DNA of 64,000 bases, from positions 480,001-544,000 of the forward strand of contig CAVUQO010000002.1 in NCBI GenBank assembly GCA_963743635.1, in the 5' to 3' direction. The position numbers were made by a program, and so were the translations under genes. The stretch comes from Candidatus Babeliales bacterium (GTDB lineage Bacteria > Babelota > Babeliae > Babelales > Vermiphilaceae). A model generated the notes under the pieces. The model did not search any database. It was not told the DNA's origin and saw nothing but the letters and a program-made list of their open reading frames with translations. Each line of letters starts with the position of its first letter. Position 1 is the stretch's first letter. Shown piece after piece: positions 19,100-28,967 of this stretch.

Positions 19100-20893
19100 A
19101 TGGTTACATACCAAAAAAGAATGTCGTTACTATTGTGTCTGTTAATGAGTGGAGCAGCATTTGCTGATGAGGCTCAGACTCAGCCCCTCGTAAGTGGTGA
19201 GCAAAAGGTGCTTAATATTATGACCGACTCTCAAGAAGGGGTTGCGGCCTATAATAAAGAACATCTTAAGCTTGCTGAATCAGTAAATCTTGCAACCGAT
19301 TTAAATATTGCAGCTATCACTGAACGGTTGGGATGCAAGACTCATATGGGTAGAGCATTTCTGCAAGAATCATTATCATCACCGCTCAATACGGAAAATA
19401 AAGACGTTCTTTTAAAGAGACAACAGATCATCAGAGCATTGGTTGAAAATCCTGAACTCAAGCAAGAAGTAGAAGAAATGATTGAGCATGCTCGGAAACA
19501 TGAAGAGCATGTTATGACATTATTGTCAGATGATTTTAAAAATCAAAAGAGCCCGCAAGTTGCCGAATTGGAGAACATAAAAACTCAAAATCCATGGCTC
19601 TATAGATTCGCTAAATCTATAAACAAAAGTACTACTGTAGCCACAATAGGGCACGGTTTGGGAGTGCTGACAATAGCAGGTATGGTTTATGCAACAAAGT
19701 ATTTCGGTGAAATTGCAAAACAAGGTATAGAAACAGTATATAAAGCGAAAAAAGCGGGAGCAACAGTATTGTGGACGGACTCTGGATTGATGTCTGTAAA
19801 TGCATATGCAGCTCTTGTAGCTGTGTTGTGTGTAGAGACAGCGTATTGCGGAGGTTTCACTGGTTATACAACCTATAAATTTGCTGAAAATTATATGAAT
19901 AATGTTGCAAAACGCCAAAAAATGCATTCGTTATATACGCTCATTAAGATTGCAGAAAAATCTGAGGCGCTTTGTGCGAAGTATAACCTTGACTCGCAAT
20001 TTAAAATGAGTGCTATTGAGAATAAAACTGCGATTGCACTTATCGATAGTTTGAAAAGTTCACGCTATGAAGATGTTGACGCAATGTTGGTATTTAGCCC
20101 AGCTGTTCAGACGCTGGCCATAAAATTATATGAAGAAGATAAAAATCTTGCGCAACTTTTTGCCTGCATTGCAGAATTAGATGTGTATAATGCGTTAGCC
20201 AACAAAATTATTGAATCTAAAGAAAAGGATCATACGTTCTGTTTTGCTACCTTTATCGATGATGCAAAGCCGGCCATAAAGACTGAGGGTTTCTGGAACA
20301 TACTGGTGGATAATCCGGTGGTAAACGGTATCTCCCAAGATCAGCATGTAATTCTCACCGGACCAAATGCGGGCGGTAAAACAACTTCAATTCGATCATT
20401 GTTGCAAAATATTGTCCTCGCGCAGACGTTTGGCGTTGCGGCGGCTGAAACGTTTGAACTCACTATGTTTGATGTTATTCACTCATTCCTCAATGTTTCA
20501 GACGATCTGATTAATGGCGACTCTCTCTTTAAGGCAGAAGTAAAACGAGCTCAAGGTATCTTGCAAAAGATTCAATCGCTTGAACCCGGTAAGAAATATT
20601 TCTTTGCCCTTGATGAACTGTTTACCGGAACCGGTGCAGTAGAGGGTGAACAATGTGCCTATGCCTTTATCAATCGAATCGCGGATTTTGAGAACATTCT
20701 CTTTATCTATGCAACCCACTTTAACAAGCTTAAAGAGTTGGCGGATACTAATAGCAATTGCGCGAACTATAAAGTTGATGCGCCGACACGTGATGAAAAC
20801 GGTAAATTGGTCTATCCATTTACACTCAGCCCAGGGGCGAATCAGATCAATGTTGCGATTGATATTGCACAAGAAGCAGGTTTATTTGCCTAA
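19100..20893 (+). CDS. MutS-related ATPase (domain V) with signal peptide, paralog 2
   Basis: MVTYQKRMSLLLCLLMSGAAFA signal; GPNAGGKT, LDELFTGT, ATHF; paralogous to 13623..15498. Confidence 0.85.
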   Translation: MVTYQKRMSLLLCLLMSGAAFADEAQTQPLVSGEQKVLNIMTDSQEGVAAYNKEHLKLAESVNLATDLNIAAITERLGCKTHMGRAFLQESLSSPLNTENKDVLLKRQQIIRALVENPELKQEVEEMIEHARKHEEHVMTLLSDDFKNQKSPQVAELENIKTQNPWLYRFAKSINKSTTVATIGHGLGVLTIAGMVYATKYFGEIAKQGIETVYKAKKAGATVLWTDSGLMSVNAYAALVAVLCVETAYCGGFTGYTTYKFAENYMNNVAKRQKMHSLYTLIKIAEKSEALCAKYNLDSQFKMSAIENKTAIALIDSLKSSRYEDVDAMLVFSPAVQTLAIKLYEEDKNLAQLFACIAELDVYNALANKIIESKEKDHTFCFATFIDDAKPAIKTEGFWNILVDNPVVNGISQDQHVILTGPNAGGKTTSIRSLLQNIVLAQTFGVAAAETFELTMFDVIHSFLNVSDDLINGDSLFKAEVKRAQGILQKIQSLEPGKKYFFALDELFTGTGAVEGEQCAYAFINRIADFENILFIYATHFNKLKELADTNSNCANYKVDAPTRDENGKLVYPFTLSPGANQINVAIDIAQEAGLFA

Positions 20894-20912
20894 TGTTAAT
20901 TGCATGATTTTG

Positions 20913-20958
20913 ATATAAAAGAAGCGCCCCCGAAAATCCGAGGGCGCTTCTTTTATAT
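20913..20958. terminator. Intrinsic terminator
   Basis: atataaaagaagcgccc..gggcgcttcttttatat. Confidence 0.8.
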
Positions 20959-21412
20959 ATGGTCAGTGGCAGGTTGGATGCATTAGGCGTGTATATTTAG
21001 CGCAGTTGAGATGGCCAATTAGAAGGTTAAAATAGGTAGGAAAAGCATGTTGAATTTTAAGAATGGCCGTGATATACTCTATTCTACGAGATTAAAATGC
21101 CCAATTTTATATAGATAAATAAGGGATTTTGACCGTTCTTAAAAAATAAAAATTGAGAGTATTACGTTGAAGTGCATATTGCGGAAGTAATATGGCATAA
21201 TGTTGGTATCTAACTTTTTTAGCAAGAAGGATGCGAGTAAAAGAATCATTCAGATGAATGGCGTGAGAAAATCATATAATGCCTAAAAACGAGACTACTT
21301 GTAGTTTGACCGCTTTTTATGCTGCTAAAACGTCCATTAAAAAATAAACAGAGAAGTGTAGTAAATGAATGCGTGTTTAAATTCATGTGTTTTCATAAAT
21401 AAAGGTTTTTAT

Positions 21413-21781
21413 ATGAAAAAAGAATCAATGTTCAAGACAATGTTGTTGGCTGTAGTTTTCATGACCACTCCTATGGTAAAAGCTCATGCAGGATGCGCCG
21501 ATCAAGGTATTTTCAGCGCTCTTTCTACTCAAATTACAGAGTTTTTCTACGGCAAGCCAGTTGCGCCAAAACCAACAGGAATCGCAGCGTATTACGCTTC
21601 TGCGAAACGTGTTGCGGGCAATGCGGCATCTTCTGCGAAGCTTGCAGCAACAAACGCGGCAACTTGGATGAATAACAATCGTCTTTTGACAGGTTGCGGC
21701 GTTGTAGCTGTTTCTGCTGCGGTAGGCGTTTTAGCGTATCAAAAATATGCTCGCTCAAAAACAGCAACAAATAACAATTAA
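21413..21781 (+). CDS. Small Ala-rich protein with signal peptide and C-terminal TM plus basic tail
   Basis: AAAGG RBS, MKKESMFKTMLLAVV signal, C-terminal hydrophobic helix. Confidence 0.7.
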   Translation: MKKESMFKTMLLAVVFMTTPMVKAHAGCADQGIFSALSTQITEFFYGKPVAPKPTGIAAYYASAKRVAGNAASSAKLAATNAATWMNNNRLLTGCGVVAVSAAVGVLAYQKYARSKTATNNN

Positions 21782-21815
21782 TTAAAATACTATAATTCAA
21801 AAAAAGGTTTTTACT

Positions 21816-22100
21816 ATGAAGTCATCAATGTTAAAAAATGTAGTTTTGGCAGTAGCGGTTATGTCATCTTCAGCAGCTGTTGCAGCTCCAGCGGCAGCTC
21901 CTATTCTAGCAAAGACTTGGGCAGAAACAGTAGCTACTTACAGTGGTTACAACTATGTATCAAGCACTACAGCAGGAAAATGGGTTGCAGCAAATCCTTA
22001 CTACACTCTTGCAGGAGCACTAACAACTGCTGCAGTCGTGTACGCTGTATATGCATGCACCGCTAAAAGCAAAACTGTAAAAGCTCCAGCAGCTAAATAA
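21816..22100 (+). CDS. Small Ala-rich protein with signal peptide and C-terminal TM plus basic tail
   Basis: Same RBS (aaaggttttt) and architecture as 21413..21781. Confidence 0.72.
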   Translation: MKSSMLKNVVLAVAVMSSSAAVAAPAAAPILAKTWAETVATYSGYNYVSSTTAGKWVAANPYYTLAGALTTAAVVYAVYACTAKSKTVKAPAAK

Positions 22101-22139
22101 CTCATCGCATCGTGAAAACGATGCTGTGTGTAAAAAATA

Positions 22140-22173
22140 TAAGAACGTCCGTGGGAAACCGCGGACGTTCTTA
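22140..22173. terminator. Terminator between convergent genes
   Basis: taagaacgtccgtgg-gaaa-ccgcggacgttctta. Confidence 0.75.
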
Positions 22174-22197
22174 TTTATTCTATTTCGCGCAAGAGAC

Positions 22198-22638
22198 TTA
22201 TTCGAGTTCAATTTCTTCTTGGGCAGTGGTAGTGTTGGCAGGCGCCATCATATCGCGCATCGTCGATACGCATTCTTTGCATATTTCCATACATTCTTGG
22301 CATGCTTTCATACATGCGGTACACGCATCGGTGCATTGTTCGCATGCTTTTTCGCAACGGTCGCACGCATCGTTACATTCAGCGCACGCCTTTTCGCATT
22401 GTTTACAGCTGATATCGCAACTATCGCACGATTTGGTGCAATCGTTGCAGCTATCGGTACATCGATCGCATGAGCTGGTACATTCTGCGCAGGCTTGTGT
22501 ACAGTCGGTACAGACTTCGATATTTTCCTGAATCGTTGTTTTTAAGGTATCCTCAGTTGCTTTTTTTGCCGCATTAAGCGGATATACGATAGTGCCAGCG
22601 ATGAGAGCCGCACAGATTGTTTTGTGTAATGTTGCCAT
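22198..22638 (-). CDS. Exported Cys-rich (CxxCxxx)n helical protein, Csp/DUF326-like
   Basis: AAGGAG RBS before MATLHKT; signal PLNA; 24 Cys in an uninterrupted heptad register. Confidence 0.75.
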   Translation of the reverse strand: MATLHKTICAALIAGTIVYPLNAAKKATEDTLKTTIQENIEVCTDCTQACAECTSSCDRCTDSCNDCTKSCDSCDISCKQCEKACAECNDACDRCEKACEQCTDACTACMKACQECMEICKECVSTMRDMMAPANTTTAQEEIELE

Positions 22639-22795
22639 AATTTCTCCTTCAGGAATATGGTAAACTATTGAACTGAAATATACTTGTTTGAGACAAAGGT
22701 AATAATCATGCAAAAAAAATCAAGTATCGTCGTTAAGAGATGATATGCTGCGTATAGATGTTAGTATCGTGTGCGATAATTAAGGAAGGAATTAT

Positions 22796-23143
22796 ATGAA
22801 CAGAACATTGATTATGGCGTTGGGTATTATTGCCGGATCGTTGCATGGCACACTTGCTTGTAAGGCCAAAGGGCGCGAGCGTGAAACGCGTCGGTCCGTG
22901 ATTAATACACAGCGCAATGGGGTAGGAATTGCAGCAGATGATGTTTGTTATCTTTCACGCAATAAAAAAATGATACGATGCCGTTCAGGCAGAACCTTTA
23001 AAAATCCGATCATGAAAGAAAGTGCACTCACCGGAACGCCCGGTTTTTTGAGTGGATCTGATTACATTGGCTATGTTGTATCAGAGCCATCTACGCCATC
23101 GCTCATGGGCAGTGGCAAAAGAATCGATTTATATGAGCGATAA
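22796..23143 (+). CDS. Hypothetical basic exported protein
   Basis: AAGGA RBS, signal-like N-terminus. Confidence 0.55.
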   Translation: MNRTLIMALGIIAGSLHGTLACKAKGRERETRRSVINTQRNGVGIAADDVCYLSRNKKMIRCRSGRTFKNPIMKESALTGTPGFLSGSDYIGYVVSEPSTPSLMGSGKRIDLYER

Positions 23144-23144
23144 T

Positions 23145-23612
23145 CTATTCGTTCCAGCCATACTCTGATATCCAGGGTGTTCGAGCAGTGCTTTTTTGTA
23201 TGATTTCAGTAATGTATGCATGCATGGGAGTCGGCAGGGCGTTTATGGGATGAAATTCAAGGGCTTCACATTTGTGAGGCTCTCTATTTTCTGGTTGGTG
23301 TTTACTCAGATCAACAAAAAAAGCAAAGATAACGTAATCAAAGGGAGGGGAATAATGGTGCATTGCGCCTATTAAATGCAATTCGTTGGGGGATAGTAAT
23401 ATGCCGCATTCTTCTGCTACTTCTCGAATGAGTGCTTGCGATGATGATTCGCTTTCAGCAACATGGCCAGCCACTAAAGACCAACATCCATCCATGTGCC
23501 CAGTATTTTTCCTTTTTCCCAATAAAATGGTGTCGCCTCGCATGCCTATCAGATAGGTAGCGATGCGTGTTTTTGTGCGATTTCTATCGTTGAGAATTTC
23601 TTTAGGTTGCAT
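23145..23612 (-). CDS. NUDIX hydrolase
   Basis: GHVAESESSSQALIREVAEECG Nudix box; NREPHKC. Confidence 0.88.
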   Translation of the reverse strand: MQPKEILNDRNRTKTRIATYLIGMRGDTILLGKRKNTGHMDGCWSLVAGHVAESESSSQALIREVAEECGILLSPNELHLIGAMHHYSPPFDYVIFAFFVDLSKHQPENREPHKCEALEFHPINALPTPMHAYITEIIQKSTARTPWISEYGWNE

Positions 23613-23628
23613 ATATATCTTTCACAGG

Positions 23629-25107
23629 TTATCGTACACGATCTTGATAGGTCGAGAGTACCGTTTTTTCAAGATCGATTCCAATGGCAGCAAGATGCTT
23701 TTGTGCAGCTTTCATATCAACTAATGAAGGGCAATAATGACCGCTATATGCTTCTATTGTTGTTAAATTTCCTTGCGCATCAAAACGTAAAAGACCGGCG
23801 GAATCAACCGGGCCGTAATCACTAAAGCTCGTATGACAGATGAGTGCTTTTGATTCGTGATGAAAATCTTTGGGCGTTGCATACATGATGTCATCCAAAA
23901 GAACGAACAAATAATCACGCATTGGATCAATGGATTTGTTGTCAATACGCATGTTGCCGTGCGCATCAGCGGATACGACATACGATAGCATATCGTTCTT
24001 TGAGAGTTGTATTACTGATTTTCGGTGCGCTTGTGCATCAAGTTCTTTTCTCCAATGAATCGCTTCTAGGATGGGATCCTTACCATTCATGAGATAATAG
24101 TGATGATCGAGATCAACCATTTCGGGCAGATATTTTTCGTGGACCGATAATTGGCGCAACATTTTTTGCACTTTGCGCAATTCATCTTTTAATTCCTCGG
24201 CAGTAACGCTTGGTGCATGACGGCTTAGATCAGTATCAAGCATATGGGTGGGCACAAATACTTCCGAATTATCAGTGATTTTTTCTGAGGTAAAAACCAG
24301 CGACATTGATCCTTTGCCGGGTGTAATCGCATGTATTAAATGATGAGGCATCATATATGATTCACCATTGCCGATAATATCGGTTGATTCTCGCGTGAGA
24401 GAGACTATGGCCGCATCAAGAGCTTTAGGATTCAGAATATAATTATCGCGGCATGGGCAGGGCAATGCGCCTGATTCGGAGGTTGGCATTAATGACACCG
24501 GCTCTCTGACGCTGTGTAGATTTTGGGCATCGCATGCTGCGGTGCTTTTTGCATAAATATCTTGAGACAAGTAACCAGAGATTATTTTGGAGTAAAAATC
24601 CCATTTATGATTGTGAGGGAATTCTTTTTCTTCTTTTTGTTCCCACACATGCAGGCGAATTTTCCATGCATTTTCACCCTTTCCGGCTGCAAGTACCACC
24701 TTTAAAAATCCCGTAACATTGCGATATGAAGCCTGAGCAACCCTTTTGAGTAGTGCTTCATCATTGAGAATCTGTTCAATGAGTTCATATAAAAATTCTT
24801 TGTCTATAGGATCGAATACTTCTTGAAATAAGATGATATCATCGCGACTATTGTTTTTATTGAGCCATACAACATGAGCCTGCTCGCCAACATGTTGCAG
24901 AAATTCGAGCGGAGTTTGTTCGTCATGGATAAAGGTTTTGCTGCGTAGTCGCGGTTTTTGATTGAGCGTCGGCGATGATATGTGCCATCCTTCTTTTTCA
25001 GTAATGAGTCTGGCTGCGTCGTGCGTTGCGCTATTCTGGGTGTAGGCAAGGAGAAGGCATAGGCAGAATGTGCGAGCATGAGTGATAAGTTGACGAAAAT
25101 AGATCAT
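23629..25107 (-). CDS. Hypothetical exported protein with cupin-like domain and C-terminal HxSF..AG..SGHY.P domain
   Basis: RLHVW..PHNHKWDF...HLIHAI; CHTSF..GPVDSAG..G.L..I.AYSGHYCPS. Confidence 0.6.
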   Translation of the reverse strand: MIYFRQLITHARTFCLCLLLAYTQNSATHDAARLITEKEGWHISSPTLNQKPRLRSKTFIHDEQTPLEFLQHVGEQAHVVWLNKNNSRDDIILFQEVFDPIDKEFLYELIEQILNDEALLKRVAQASYRNVTGFLKVVLAAGKGENAWKIRLHVWEQKEEKEFPHNHKWDFYSKIISGYLSQDIYAKSTAACDAQNLHSVREPVSLMPTSESGALPCPCRDNYILNPKALDAAIVSLTRESTDIIGNGESYMMPHHLIHAITPGKGSMSLVFTSEKITDNSEVFVPTHMLDTDLSRHAPSVTAEELKDELRKVQKMLRQLSVHEKYLPEMVDLDHHYYLMNGKDPILEAIHWRKELDAQAHRKSVIQLSKNDMLSYVVSADAHGNMRIDNKSIDPMRDYLFVLLDDIMYATPKDFHHESKALICHTSFSDYGPVDSAGLLRFDAQGNLTTIEAYSGHYCPSLVDMKAAQKHLAAIGIDLEKTVLSTYQDRVR

Positions 25108-25276
25108 GAAAACGTCCTTTGCTGATACATACGTTTTGCTGTTATGGTCGCTAAAATCGGACCAATTATGAGCTATATTTATTTTTTTTGCAATAAATAT
25201 CTGCTTTTAGAGCCATAATGTAATGTTGGAACGAAGAAATGAGAAGTAGCTATTCAGGTGTAGCGGTGCATGAGTC

Positions 25277-26845
25277 TTATTCTTGCGTTGCTGTCTTTGT
25301 AGCTTTGCGTTCCGCTATATTTTTTCGTACTCTCGGCAATGTCGTTTCCCACATTGGCTTCATGCCTTTGATTCCTTTGTAGTATTGCGTAGCTTCTTTT
25401 TGAATTTCCATAAGTTTTTCTGGATCATATTCACCGTTTAATTGAATGATGTAGCTATTATCAGTAACAAATTGAGAGAAAAGGATAGCATGCTTTAAGG
25501 GATCCTTTTTAACAGAGATTATGTTTGCTGGATCAATGGTCATTACATGCCCTTTCAGGCCTCCTACTTCTTGAGTTGACGTAAATTCACTCTTTTCACC
25601 AAGGGGAATTTTTGTTCTCGGATGAAACCATTCACCTTCGCCAAATAAGGCCGTTAATGTTGAGAAAGGAGCAATGAAAAATAAATCTTCATTATTGGTT
25701 GTTATGTAGTCCTTTTTATTCACGAAAAGTGCATAGCCTGCTCTTCTGTATTCTAACCAATAGTAAGCACTAGCGCTCTCATCTCTTAAGCTACCAGCAA
25801 GGAGCGAATTGCCGAAAGATATAGAATAAGGAGCACTTTTATGTTCTTTATATGCTTGTTCAAAATTCTCATTGCCATATACCGTAGTGGCTATTAAATA
25901 TTTTTCATGGTGACTGATGTCGGTGTCCATTGTTTTAAATTGGCTGAAAGATGTTCCTCGTATGAGCAATGCTTTGTTGAATTGTCTGGCCTTGTATTCT
26001 GCTGTGATAATAATAGAAAATAGTGTATTACTTGTTGGATTATAGAGCATTCTAGCTATTCGGTATGGTATTCTCACTTTTACATTTACATCCAAGATTT
26101 CATGAGGGTTTGCATTGTGCTTGAGCATAGTTCGCAGCTCGGTTAATAAACGGTAGGTGATTCCATCAGATTCATTGTTAAGTGCATCTGACAAAGCGAG
26201 TGCATGAGGAGATGCCGTAAGATGTGGATAGTTTGTAAATACCCAAGCCGTCAGTGCTTGATTGACGTAATCGTGAGCGCTATTATTACCGTTGAATAGG
26301 ATCTTGTTATATTTTGCATAATAATCTTGAATGTTTTTACGTATTGTAAGAGGATTTTCATTGCTTTCTAATTTGTCCTTAAGGGTAAAATTTTCAGTTA
26401 CCAAGTTGATTACTTCTTTACGAAGCGGGTTTGGGGCATCGGATTCAAATGTCTTGATGATGGCAAATAATTCGTATAAACAGGTGGGAAAGAACACAAC
26501 GCGATAGCTGTTATTGCCCGTTTCTTGCTGTATTTTTTTTTCGATCCAAATTTCTTCTGCATTGGGTTTATCGGGCATAAAAAGATCACCCGTTTCGGCG
26601 AGTATTTTAGTTCGCTCATTTAAAGGAGCTAAGGCGAGCGCAGCGCTCATAGGCCATTGATATTTGAGGAGTATTTCTTCGATTTTCACTTTGTTTTCGT
26701 TATCTGATTCATCGAGGGCAGTAAAACCTGCGTCAGTCTGCTTCATAATGAGCAGTTCAGCGCGTATTGGCATGTGAACGGTCACTGCACCCAGGGCCAG
26801 GGTGATTGCGAGTATACGGGTCAGGACTTTCAGGGGTTTCTCCAT
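25277..26845 (-). CDS. Hypothetical exported protein, tandem paralog A
   Basis: Signal peptide; shares LIRG, PYSISFGNSL, LFFI.P, GE.FH.R and C-terminal KPMWET with 26855..28573. Confidence 0.75.
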   Translation of the reverse strand: MEKPLKVLTRILAITLALGAVTVHMPIRAELLIMKQTDAGFTALDESDNENKVKIEEILLKYQWPMSAALALAPLNERTKILAETGDLFMPDKPNAEEIWIEKKIQQETGNNSYRVVFFPTCLYELFAIIKTFESDAPNPLRKEVINLVTENFTLKDKLESNENPLTIRKNIQDYYAKYNKILFNGNNSAHDYVNQALTAWVFTNYPHLTASPHALALSDALNNESDGITYRLLTELRTMLKHNANPHEILDVNVKVRIPYRIARMLYNPTSNTLFSIIITAEYKARQFNKALLIRGTSFSQFKTMDTDISHHEKYLIATTVYGNENFEQAYKEHKSAPYSISFGNSLLAGSLRDESASAYYWLEYRRAGYALFVNKKDYITTNNEDLFFIAPFSTLTALFGEGEWFHPRTKIPLGEKSEFTSTQEVGGLKGHVMTIDPANIISVKKDPLKHAILFSQFVTDNSYIIQLNGEYDPEKLMEIQKEATQYYKGIKGMKPMWETTLPRVRKNIAERKATKTATQE

Positions 26846-26854
26846 TTCATATTC

Positions 26855-28573
26855 CTACTCTTTCTTTTGAATAGGTGCGGATGGTTCTGTAGTCTCTTGC
26901 GTTGTCGTCTCTGTATCTTTTCTTTCCGCTATATTTTTTCGTGCTCGTGGCAATACCGTTTCCCACATTGGTTTTGCGCCTTTGATTCCTTTGTAGTATC
27001 CCGCAGCTTCTTTTTGTGTTTTGAGTACATTTTCTGCAAACTGCTTTTCTTCTGGGGTTAATTGACTTGGATCACCAGTTTGAATGATGCGGCCATTCTC
27101 CGCAAGGAACTCAGAAAAAAGTGCCGCATGTTTTAATGGATCTCTCGTGATGAGAATCACCCCTGTTGGATCCTCGATACTATCATAGAGGCCCATGACG
27201 TCTATCGATCCTTTCGGTTTTACGGCTAGCGCCGCCTTTGAGCGTGCATGAAAAAATTCACCTCTGAGAAATAGTGAGGTCAATGGAGATATTGGAGGAA
27301 TGAAGAATAATTGTCCATTTTGGTGCTCAACATAATCTTTTTTATTGATTAATACTGCATAACCAACCGTTTTGAAAGGGGATTCTGAGGCGTGTGAGTA
27401 TGCTCTTTCGCCCGTTAGAAAGTTGTAGGCACATGCAGTCCGATCTCGCAGAGCGCCATCAAAGAGAGAATTGCCAAAAGATACCGAGTATGGTCTGGTT
27501 TCTTTTTCTTTATAGGCTAGTTCGAACGGCTTAGTGATGAGGATCTTTTTTTTAATATCGTATTGTCGGTGTTCTTGTAATACGGTGCTCCCGGCGATCA
27601 TTTTTTTATTGGCATCATTTTCAAGCAGCTGTTTAAATTCTTCAAAAGAGGAGCCGCGGATTAATATTCCTTTGTTGAGTTCTCGTGCTTCATACTCTAA
27701 TGCTATGTAGGTACTGATGAGTTTATTGCGCGGTTCATCTTTAAGATCATTTATTAATTGTTGCCCATAGTTTCTTGCATCAGAATCTCTCGGTTCATAT
27801 TGAAATACGGGCCGGTACAGTGACGTCAGTTGTGTAATTAATTTTGTTTTTATATCTTCTATTTTACTGTGAATGGCCTCTGATAACGCAGCTGAATCTT
27901 TGCTTTGTTTTAGATCAGGGTATTCGGTTAAAAGCCAAGCAGTGAGCTTGTGATTGATATAGATATAGGCGCTGTGATCTTCGCCCATAAAGATTTTGTT
28001 GGCCTTCATATACAAATCATTAATCTTCGTGCGAATTACTTGAGGACTGTCGTTACTCGCGATAATTTTTCCCAGCTTAATTTTACCTTCATCATATTGA
28101 TCCCAGAGGTCGTACGAATCGTAAAATAGCTTTTTTATTGCGGCTTGCAGCGGATTATTAGTGCTTTGTGTAGTCAAAGTTTCATAGATTACAAAAAGCT
28201 CATATAAGCAGGTGGGAAAAAAAACTACTCTCAATGATGGAGCAAGTGGATCATCTTTTTTAAAAAGAGAGTAGTTGGCGAGTGCTTTTTCAGCAGCGCG
28301 TTCTTCTATGCGTGCATTATTTGGTTTTAAAACTTCTTCTCGCTGGATGTGTTGATGTTCGCTTGAGATGTCCATGGGCCACTGGCAGGCCATTAATACT
28401 TCTTGCATTGGTGCTTCTTTTATATCGTTATTCTTTTCATCCAGAGGCGCAAATCCTTCTTTTGTCTGCTTCATAATGAGCAGCTCAGCGTGGATCGGCA
28501 TGTGAGCGGTCACTGCGCCTAAGGTCAGGGTAATTGCAACTATGCGGGTCATTATTTTCATAGGTCTCTCCAT
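26855..28573 (-). CDS. Hypothetical exported protein, tandem paralog B
   Basis: Start chosen by alignment (MERPMK vs MEKPLK); shared motifs with paralog A. Confidence 0.75.
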   Translation of the reverse strand: MERPMKIMTRIVAITLTLGAVTAHMPIHAELLIMKQTKEGFAPLDEKNNDIKEAPMQEVLMACQWPMDISSEHQHIQREEVLKPNNARIEERAAEKALANYSLFKKDDPLAPSLRVVFFPTCLYELFVIYETLTTQSTNNPLQAAIKKLFYDSYDLWDQYDEGKIKLGKIIASNDSPQVIRTKINDLYMKANKIFMGEDHSAYIYINHKLTAWLLTEYPDLKQSKDSAALSEAIHSKIEDIKTKLITQLTSLYRPVFQYEPRDSDARNYGQQLINDLKDEPRNKLISTYIALEYEARELNKGILIRGSSFEEFKQLLENDANKKMIAGSTVLQEHRQYDIKKKILITKPFELAYKEKETRPYSVSFGNSLFDGALRDRTACAYNFLTGERAYSHASESPFKTVGYAVLINKKDYVEHQNGQLFFIPPISPLTSLFLRGEFFHARSKAALAVKPKGSIDVMGLYDSIEDPTGVILITRDPLKHAALFSEFLAENGRIIQTGDPSQLTPEEKQFAENVLKTQKEAAGYYKGIKGAKPMWETVLPRARKNIAERKDTETTTQETTEPSAPIQKKE

Positions 28574-28967
28574 TTTTCTTACGAATGGCGACACCCATAG
28601 GGGTAGATGCCGCCACTGTATTATTTATTCTCTTTGAATTTTATCAAGATCCGGGTGGGGGAAGCAAGAGATTGGCAAAAAAGGACCGGATATGGGTGCA
28701 AATTTGAGCGACTTACAGGTTCAAGTTGTCGAGACTGAGGGGGTGGTTTTGCTTGTGTTGTATCATTCAGATAGAATATTTTGGCAAGAATGGTCCTTAG
28801 TGTGGTCATGAATTTTGCAATTGCCCATTACTGGAGCGATTTTTGTAAGAGTTTTTCTGAGTATTGAATTTGCGTCTACATAGTCCATTTATATTGACTT
28901 TTTGATCAAAAAGTTCACACTTGAATTCTTATTTTTTATCTCTCTATAACGATTTTGAGGATTTCAT

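Noticed and set aside
21170..21230. aatatgg...gtatcta resemblance to a purine riboswitch
   Set aside because: The required stems and the CCGTAAA loop are not present.
22112..22531. His/Ser-periodic ORFs on the + strand
   Set aside because: Shadow frames of the Cys-heptad gene on the - strand.
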